Source: Octopus sinensis
Taxonomy: Eukaryota
Assembly: GCF_006345805.1 (NCBI RefSeq)
Contig: NC_043003.1
Location: 35,402,001 to 35,466,000, forward strand
DNA length: 64,000 bases
Reading direction: 5' to 3'
The stretch's first letter is position 1. Every line of letters starts with the position of its first letter. Below, in pieces: positions 54,491 through 64,000 of this stretch. The notes beneath the pieces are model-generated. The model was not told the origin of the DNA, did no database searches, and saw only the letters and a list, made by a program, of their open reading frames with translations. The translations under genes were made by a program, and so were the position numbers.

Positions 54491-54652
54491 TATATATACC
54501 AATTAAGGACTGAACACGAAAAGTGGACAATCAACATGCTAGATATAGACGTCAAATCGCCATAATCTTTTGGTGGAGAATGGCGATTTGACGTCTATAT
54601 CTAGCATGTTGACTGTCCACTTTTCGTGTTCAGTCCTTAATTGGTATATATA
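54491..54652. repeat. Near-perfect hairpin, 73-bp arms, 16-nt loop
   Basis: 54491-54563 equals the reverse complement of 54580-54652 except A54530 opposite C54613. Confidence 0.97.
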
Positions 54653-55930
54653 TATATATATATAAATATATATGTAAGAATGTATACATACACGCACGCA
54701 CATACATATGTCCGTGTATGTGTGAGTATGTGTGTGTGTGTGCGTGCATATATAGATATACATAGATACATGCATTTGTCTATATTATAAATGACATATC
54801 CTAATTTTTTTTCTTTATGAGCTGGGGTCCTTGTTAAAAATGCAGAACGTTAAACAAATATTTACACTCCTAGACATATTCAGTACTCTTTCGTTTTTTG
54901 TGTGTGTGTGTGTGAACGCGTAGCCTAACTCTGATTCTCTGTCTGTTTACCTGTCTCTCTCTATCTCTCGCTTTGTGTGTCCTCGTGCTCTCTCTAGCTA
55001 TCTACATATCTGTTAATCTATCTGTGTGAGTGCGCGTTTGTGTGTGTGTGATTGCTTGCGTGTATAGGAAATTATGTGCGTCTATATATTATGAATTTAG
55101 GACAAGCGCATGATTAATAAACTTATCAATCTGTTCTGTGCACGAAGTCAAAATCAGAACGGTACATGCTTTCAAATATACACGCTGGCGCAGTCATAAG
55201 CAAATATTCTAGAAAATTGGATGAATACTTATGCACACAAGCACACATACGCCCATATTGCAATGTTGCATATAGGTGGGCGTGAATATATGCCTACACA
55301 TTGCGTATATTTCTGTATATAAATGTACATAAATAAAACGTGTAATGGATATGTATGTCTATATATCTAATTATATGTATGTATGTACGTATGTATGTAT
55401 GTATGTATGTATGTATGTATGTATGTATGTATGTATGTATGTATGTATATATATATATATATACACGCACGTACACGTACGTATATATACATGTAAATGT
55501 ATATATATGTATATATGCACATATATGTATGTGTATGTATATACATATGCACACATGTATAACGCGTGTGTAGATGACGGTATACGTCAGCACATGTCTC
55601 TATACATGCATCTATATACATACATGCATATACATACTTATATACAGATAGATAATAGAGTAGTATATATATGTATTTGCGTATATATGTATGCTTTATA
55701 TGTGCGTACGTACGTTCACCTCACGGCTAGGTTTCTACTCCAAAATAATCATATAAAGGGCGATGTCTCACTCACATGTGACTCGAGAGAATGATAGATA
55801 ATAATACAGAGGTCTCTGGTTAGCCATCATCATGGTTAGAACAATGCTGTTTCCCTTCTATCAAATTCATTGTGATCGTCTATACGTCCGTACAAACACG
55901 ACAGAACAATTACCACCATAACCCTATGTG

Positions 55931-55974
<44 letters not shown>

Positions 55975-56540
55975 CGTGCATAAAATTCACACATCGATAT
56001 ATTCTATATCCATTCTTCTGGCGTCGCACCTAATCATCATCTGATATTTAGAAATATACGTTAGTGTAATACATACAATATGTTTCTGAATGTGTAATGC
56101 TTTGTGTAATGGAAGAAGAGTAAGCAATGGATCACTCTGAAATTAGTTGAGATGTTTTTCGGTGATTAAGAAAACTGGTATTTTGGAGCTTTTTTTCCCT
56201 CTCATCTCCAATTGATGGTTTCTAACGTTGAATTACATTTGTTTTCTGCGAGAACGATTGCAATTCTCTGCAATCAGAACATATTTTTACAAACTATAAT
56301 CTCTACTTTTCAGCAAGTTATTGAACCTCGTTTGACTATTTTGCTATGAGGTATTTCACTTACTTTACGCATTATTTCTATGGTTCCATCGATGAATACC
56401 TATTTGGTGACTTATTCATCTTTATCTTATTCACATATCTCCCTTTCTTTCTGCTCTCTTTCTCAGCATCTAAATATGTACTTGCACGTTTGTCACACTT
56501 CTTAATACATACATACATACATACATGTATACATGAATTC

Positions 56541-56574
<34 letters not shown>

Positions 56575-56582
56575 ATATATAT

Positions 56583-56635
<53 letters not shown>

Positions 56636-56694
56636 CGTATATATACATATATATACATATATATATATATTTATATATATATATATATATATAT

Positions 56695-56848
56695 TTACGA
56701 CGGGCTTCTTTTAGTTTCCGTCAACCAAATCCACTCACAAGTCTTTGGTCAGGCCGAGTACAAGACACTCGTACAAGGTACCACGCAGTTGAATTCAACT
56801 CGGATCCATGTGGTTGGGAAGCAATCTCTGTACCACACAGCCACGCTT
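56695..56848 (-). mobile_element. SINE 5' half
   Basis: acgacgggcttcttttagtttccgtcaaccaaatccactcacaag...ccatgtggttgggaagcaatct..taccacacagccacgc, colinear with 26095-26235. Confidence 0.85.
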
Positions 56849-57079
56849 GAATATGCCCACTTTTGAAACGAAATTGAAGAAATATTAATAAACGCATAGC
56901 GCACAAACTCTACCTCCATGAAACACAAAGGTAAGAATTCTTAAATATTAATTGAGTTGTTTAACGAAGTGAACCCCTAGTGAAAAACATAGAGACAGAC
57001 AACCTTAGCACTGACCTACATCTACTTGAGAACAGAGAAAAAAAGCAACTGACCAGCCAAAACATGTCACCTACTTACA

Positions 57080-57600
57080 TTCTTTTGTGAACTCGCAAAA
57101 ATTCCCTTACAAAAACTTGCCACACTAAATTACTAAGTATTTCATTACTGGACAAAATTTTGAACCTTTGACCTTTACAAAGCAAAGGATTAAATTCAAT
57201 AAAACGAAAACTAACTACAACTTCTAGTCCGTCATAGACCTACCTATATGTTTTTTTGGGAACACTAAAAACCAATCCCATAAGCTAAAAGGAACACGAC
57301 TTAAACATACATACGAACTTACAAAGTTCTACGTACATAAATAAATTCTAAATAGCAATGGGATCTTAAATGTAATCAATAAAAACTTCTCCCAAAACCT
57401 CTCTACCACAATCCACCCTCAACATAAATACCACTCAACTCAAACACACATACACAATGAAGATTTTAACTCAACAGAGGCGATACAGATTGAAGATTAA
57501 CCTCAATGCATCGCAGTACGTTGGCCGGAACAGGGTTCTGGCCGAAACTTCGAAGTCACTGACAATAATATTCTTGTTTACAAAGAATAAAGTTGTAATC
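57080..57600 (+). pseudogene. Old PLE relic (GIY-YIG remnant plus terminal repeat with decayed hammerhead)
   Basis: With frameshift repair: KIP[C]KN[C]HTK...GQ and ..STYINK. Followed by a GGCCGGAAC/GTTCTGGCC stem and GAAAC. Confidence 0.5.
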
Positions 57601-57686
57601 TGTGCTGTGTGTGTTTGTGGATGTGTGTTTGCGCGTGCGTAACTGTCATTTATGCCTTAAATGAGATTGAACAAAGGAATGTACTA

Positions 57687-58772
57687 TTAGGTTGTTAAGA
57701 AAGTTCTTGCAGAATTTTTAATTTGGGTTTTAAATGATGTATTTTCAAATTAATTTTTGTAAAATTCCTTTCACTTTATATATATCATTTTAAATCTAAT
57801 TGTGTGACTCTTTTTCTTTCTGAATAATTAGGTCGTTTTTTTCCGGAACGTTGAATGCAACATGGATAAAAAGCAAATTCGCACAACTTTCTTATTCCAG
57901 TTCAAGCTAGGCAGAAAATCTGCTGAAACAGCTCGCGATACCAACGATGCGTTTGGCCCAGAAAACACTAATGAACGTACAGCACAATGGTGGTTCAAGA
58001 AATTTCGTAGCGGTGATGAGAGCCTTGAAGATGATAAGCGTAGTGGTCGGCCATGGGATGTTGACAACGATCAATTAAGAGCCATAGTGGAAGCCAATCC
58101 ACGCACAACTGTTCGAGAGCTTGCTTCTGGATTATACGTGACATATACAACTTCCAACCACTTGAAAGAGATTGGTAGACCAAAAATACTTGAGAAATGG
58201 GTGCCGCAGGAATCGAACAACAACCAGAAAAAGAAAAAAAACACCGTTTTGAAGTGTCGACTTCCCTTCTTTTACGCAACAAGAACGACTCATTTCTCGA
58301 CCGCATTGTAACTTGAGATGTAAAGTGAATTCTTTACAACAACTGGCAACGCTCAACTCATTGGTTGGACGCCGACGAAGCTCCAAGGCACTTATCGAAG
58401 CCAAAGATGCGCCAAAAGAGGGATATGGTGACTGTTTTGGTGGTCTGCGACTGGTTTCATCCATCACAGCTTTTTGAATCCAGGCGAAACCATTACGGCG
58501 GAGAAGTGCTGTCAGCAAATACATGAAATGCATAAGAAACTCTGAGAACAACAGCCAGCATTAGTCAATAGAAAAGTACCAATTCTTCACTACGACAACG
58601 CTCGGCCGCACTTTGCACAACTGACCCTGCAGAAGTTGAACGAATTGGGCTAGGAAACACTGCCTCATCCGCCATAATCAACAAACCTCTCGCCTCTCGA
58701 CTACCTCTTTTTCAAGCATCTCGACAACTTCTTGCGTGAGAAATGCTTCAAAAACCAAGACGATGCCAAACA
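57687..58772 (+). mobile_element. Mariner, cecropia subfamily (Hsmar1-like), 3'-truncated
   Basis: TA plus TIR ttaggttgttaagaaagttcttgc. MDKKQIR..FKLGRKSAET..NERTAQWWFKKFRSGDESLEDDKRSGRP.VDNDQLRAI..KWVP..SFLNPGETITAEK..DNARPH. Stops and frameshifts; no right TIR found. Confidence 0.9.
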
Positions 58773-58854
58773 CGACACTAGAACGCAGAGATAATTAATA
58801 CTATACATTCAGTATAAAATATTTTAAACTGTTTGTCCCCGTTCATATGTATGT

Positions 58855-58899
<45 letters not shown>

Positions 58900-58932
58900 T
58901 ATATACATATATATATATATATAACAGATATA

Positions 58933-58996
<64 letters not shown>

Positions 58997-59960
58997 ATAG
59001 TGATTTGTGTGTATTGAACAAGGATCATATACTCCAAACTGTCGTTTTGTTGACCGGTCATTTAGTTCAAGTTTGAAAACCTTTAAAAGTACGGTGGACC
59101 GTCGGATAGTTTGGTCGGAGTATCCATCTGGAAGTGTGCAATCTTAATTTAACGTGCATAAATCAACGTGTATATAGACTTACACACTTCAATAATAATG
59201 TTGTTTAAAGTACTTTTACGTTGTTGTACCACAAAATAAACAAATCTATCTTCATCATCGTCGTCGTTTTCATACTCCACCCCTCCTCCTCTTCTACCTC
59301 CTCTTCTACCTCCTCTTCTAGTCCTCTCGCCTCCTCTCCTCCTCCTTCTCTTCCTCCTCCACCACCTCCTCCTCGTCCTCCTCATCATCATAAAAGAACG
59401 CAGTAGTAAGAAGGGCGTCTGTAGTGGCAGTAGCAGCTGTAGATTCATAATCCTACCGCAAGCCCGAACACCGCCACGGATGCACCACTGAAACTATCAT
59501 CAGCATCCGTTGTTGTCGTCATCTTCCTCATCCGTCTACACCAATACAGCCACCAAAACAACAACAATAACAACCACTACCAGCTTCACCATCACCACTA
59601 CCGTCATAATTATCGTTATCATCATCATCATCATCATGAACAGTCGTATTATGATTATCAATATCATTATCACGGCTTTCACCCAATGTCCAATTTTTTA
59701 AAGATATTTTGGTGTGAGTCTGTTTCATGTTCATACGCTGTCGATTTTTGTTGGTGCGATGCCATATTTATGTTGGTTGCATCTCATCTAAATACCTCAA
59801 AAATAATATTCATATATTATAAAATGACAAAATGTGTTAGTTTGTCCTTCAATATAATCTAAACACAATTTATGAACAATAACAATTATAGACATTAATA
59901 GATATACATATAATAATATGTGCATATACACATATATATATGTACACACACACACACACA

Positions 59961-60031
<71 letters not shown>

Positions 60032-60623
60032 GCACATATGACACATATGTGTATGTGTGTATATGCATATATGAATGTGCGTATTTATATGTTGTATATG
60101 TACACATATATATATTCATATATATATATATATAAATATATACATACACACACACATATATATATATAAATATATACACACATGTATATATATATATGTA
60201 CGTAATCATGTATGTACATATACATATAAGCATTAATTGTAGATATTTTTAAAACTTGTTCTTTAATATTATTTTGCTTCTAATTTGTTCAGTCTGTTTA
60301 GTCGCATTTTATATCTTATTATCTTTCCATTGTAATTTTCAATACTAATTTTTATTTCACACTTTTATATTTTATGATATAGAATATAATATTTTTTAAC
60401 CTTGTTTACAAAATATATATTTGTATAGCAGGAATTTCCAATACACTCAATTATATATGTATGAATGTATGTATATGACTTTGTGTGTGTGTGTGCGTAC
60501 GTGTGTGAGTGTATGCCTGAGTGTGTTCCATATGTATGTGCATGAGTGTGTTCCTGTATGTGTATGTTATCGATTTGCCTATGTGTATATATATATATAT
60601 ATATATATACATATACAAATATT

Positions 60624-60687
<64 letters not shown>

Positions 60688-61004
60688 TATATTATATCAG
60701 TATATATACATATATACATATCGTTGTATATGTACACACACACAGATATATATATATATATATGTTTACACGCGTACATACATACATGTGTATATGTATG
60801 GTACATGGTTTCATAAAGATATGAATTGGTACAGTGTAATTAGCGAAAGAGTGCTCAATACTTCAAAGTATATTGTAATTAAGCTATTTAGTTGAATTCA
60901 TGGGATTGACCAAGTGTTTGGTGGTACCTGTTATATGACATCTGCGTATACGTGTGTGTATATATACTTATCTTGTTTTTACTAGTTTCTTTCATTTTTC
61001 GGCG

Positions 61005-61090
61005 ACAATGCTGGGGCACCACTTTTATAGTCTTAGTAGAACAAATTGAGCACAGTACTTATTCTATCAGCTTCTTATTACCGAAAAAGC
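61005..61090 (-). mobile_element. SINE 3' fragment
   Basis: atgctggggcaccac...agtacttattctatcagcttcttattaccgaa, homologous to the SINE body and tail. Confidence 0.55.
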
Positions 61091-61185
61091 TACATATATA
61101 CATACATTCGTACATAAATACATACATACATACATATATACATGCATATATATATTATATATATATATAATATATATATATATAG

Positions 61186-61257
<72 letters not shown>

Positions 61258-62993
61258 GTTTCTGGTGTCCTGTGTTGTATTGAAATATTTCAGGTAAGCG
61301 AGAATATATTAATAGGAATCAAAAATAAATCAAAGCCTTCGAATAAGTTGCACATCTTTTAATTTAAACAATGTAGTAAGAGGTTATATTGATTACGCAA
61401 TGGTAGATCACCTAACCTATATATGTATATGCATGTGCTATCTTCAACGAGTCAAGACGGCCAATCCTGTCCTTCTCATAAGATGTCTCCTCAATGCGTT
61501 CAAAATAAATTTTCCATCGTCTTGACTTAACAGCCCTCATCGTTTGTTTTTACTGTATTATTCTCCTTGTCCTGTCTTTAACTGGTTTTATTTGTATTGT
61601 TTTTACTGTCTTGTCTTCTTTTTACTGTCCTGTTCTTGTTACCATTTTTACCCTTCCGCAAAAAAACCCAACTTTTATTTAATTTGCTTTGCGGGAAGGA
61701 CTGTTTCAACTAAGTCGCGTCTTGTCTTTACCTTCGGAAACGCGGAGTAGACGAAACAGGGACAACTGAAGTAGGGGAATATCCCTTGTGTTGTATGTCT
61801 TGTACTCTGTTTTTTCGTTGTTTGCAAAAAAGTTCATTTCCATGTTTTTGTTTTTATGTTTTCGTTTCTCATTGTATTCAACATTTTTTGGTGTCCTGTA
61901 CCCATATATGCATGTATGTATACTTATAGATGTAGGTATGTACATATATGTATGTATATATGCATATATTTATATATCATTTATGTTATTATGTGCGTAT
62001 GTATATTTGTTAGAAGCAATTTTTTTGCAATTTTATATAATTGTATAATTTTATATTTTATTTCTTTTCATACTCTATTTTTTCAATAATAGTTTTAAAC
62101 CACTGTGAACTACCACTTATTTTGTACTCGGGACTTGTAAATTAACATGAAGAAATAGAGCCATATCAAATATCATAAAACGTAAATTCTTGATTTGATA
62201 AACTTATCTCCGCCTGTACAAGAAGCCGCAATTAAGAAAGATAACCGCAAAAGTCAATTATTTTTTTACCAAAGACGATAGTCCATTAAAGAAAAGCAGA
62301 TAAAAGAAAGTCGTACACATGTGTGTCATACTCAATAGCCGTTATCATTCCCATAGAGTGACATTTATTTGAACAATATAAAAACTTGAAGCTATACCAA
62401 ATCCCATCCAACATGTATTGTTGATTTAATAAGAGTACCTCCTTATTTAGCGACAGTATCCTAATTACCAAATACAAATTAGGACCAAACACTGGCTATT
62501 CTGAGTTTGTCTTCGCTCATTTTTGAGTAAATTATACAAATTACTAGGCCATAAATGTGTTCCACTCATTTTTGTAGAAATGTAAGTCTCTTGACAAATA
62601 ATACATTTGTCGTTCTAATGACGGTAAGTGAGCCAGAAAAACCTGTCTACGATTGTTGTCAATAAATTTGTGTTTTACCATCTTGATTCTCGTCATTATC
62701 TCCAAATGCAAAGCAGAGAATCTGTGGCCTCAATTCAGCCAACATTTTTTTATTAATGATACCTGTCTATATGAACATGCTTGCGGACTTATGAATCTCT
62801 GAGTAATGGCGTTATGAGTGGTTTATGGCTCAACTACAAATTTGTAATTTGCAGAAACGCATTGAGTGCACTGTTTTTGCATTTTTCGTATTTCCACATG
62901 CACACACACACACACACACACATTTATATACATATATGCATGCATGTATATATATATATATAGTTACACACACACACACAGACATATATATAT

Positions 62994-63177
62994 AGGGAGA
63001 GTCTACGAAAAAAACCAAATTACGAAGACAGGTGGTGTGCAAAACAAACAGATGTATTAGAATAACACCCAGGAATAGAAAAAGTCTTTTACATTTCGAG
63101 CCTACGCTCCTCTACAGAAAGGGACACAGAAAAAAACAAGGAGAGAAAAACTGTGTGTAGTGGTTAACGATCTATCA
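62994..63177 (-). mobile_element. Solo PLE terminal repeat, family A
   Basis: acgaagacaggtggtgtg...gtcttttacatttcgagcctacgctcctctacagaaaggg matches 7584-7768 and 35841-36042. TA-rich flanks. Confidence 0.85.
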
Positions 63178-63548
63178 TATATATATATATATAAACATAT
63201 ACATAGAGAGACACATATGTATCTATATGCAAATGCTTGTGTACATACATATATGCATTCATATATGTATGTATTTATGTGTGCATTTCCAGTCTTAATT
63301 CCAACAGAGAAGGTTTCTAATTTAATGAAATAGTTACTGTTATACAGATGAATACAAGCATATTCACACAGACTCACAGACTCACACCTCAATGGAAACG
63401 CACATATAGACAGAATCACGAATATACGTGTTTCAATGTGTGTGGGATTATGCTTGTCTTCATCTGTATAACACCAACTATTTCATTAAATAAATACATA
63501 CATACATATATATATATGTATGTATATATATATATATATTATATATAT

Positions 63549-63627
<79 letters not shown>

Positions 63628-64000
63628 TTATATATTATATATTTATCCATTCATGCTTGTGCGCGTTTGTTTTATACATATCTATGTCACCGGTGCTATT
63701 GAGTTTGTAGGAATGAATGTCTAATTCTCTTTGTTATACGGTTTTTAGTCGTGAAGCGAAATGCACTCACACACATCACCGTTATTCCAATGTTTCAGTT
63801 TATTGAAATATATCACTTTCTGCCTGGATTTTATTATTTCTTCAGTGGAAACAGCTCTCATTCTCTTACTTGTATTCAAGACTCTAAAATCTAGAAAATG
63901 TTGACATCTTTTCTCTGATTCCGCTTTATGACAGGAAATTTTTTTCCATTTATATCTCATAACGTGTTTGCAGACGTTTATTGTCCATGTTTAGGAAGCA

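Noticed and set aside
61700-61790. ctgtttc...gaaacag with nearby ctgaag as a type II/III hammerhead
   Set aside because: Core elements are not in a valid order and no stems I or II can be built.

Overview
Repeat-saturated, AT-rich eukaryotic DNA with no host-gene exon I can support. The SINE families and microsatellite landscape look like Octopus (coleoid cephalopod); this is pattern recognition, not a database hit. Nearly all long ORFs are microsatellite artefacts. Real coding relics: four mariner transposons from three subfamilies; two Neptune-type Penelope-like elements (PLEs) and a third PLE relic; three CR1-like LINE pieces, one with an unbroken RT frame; three R4/Dong-clade LINEs, the best one flanked by (TAA)n; an RTE-like relic; and a decayed Ty3/Gypsy. 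Also tRNA-derived SINEs, a Tigger-like MITE, Helitron-like non-autonomous elements and a 100-N gap. Most notable: (1) minimal, dimer-type hammerhead ribozyme motifs in two related PLE terminal-repeat families, with compensatory stem I changes and a family-wide A6U core variant, also present as discrete ~200-bp solo units in (TA)n; (2) a 27 x 34-bp length-conserved minisatellite apparently derived from a SINE segment, lying in or next to the Gypsy 5' LTR; (3) several long fold-back structures of graded age, including a 73-bp stem with one mismatch; (4) an inverted 84-bp patch that looks like a templated repair insertion. Boundaries of degenerate relics are approximate.
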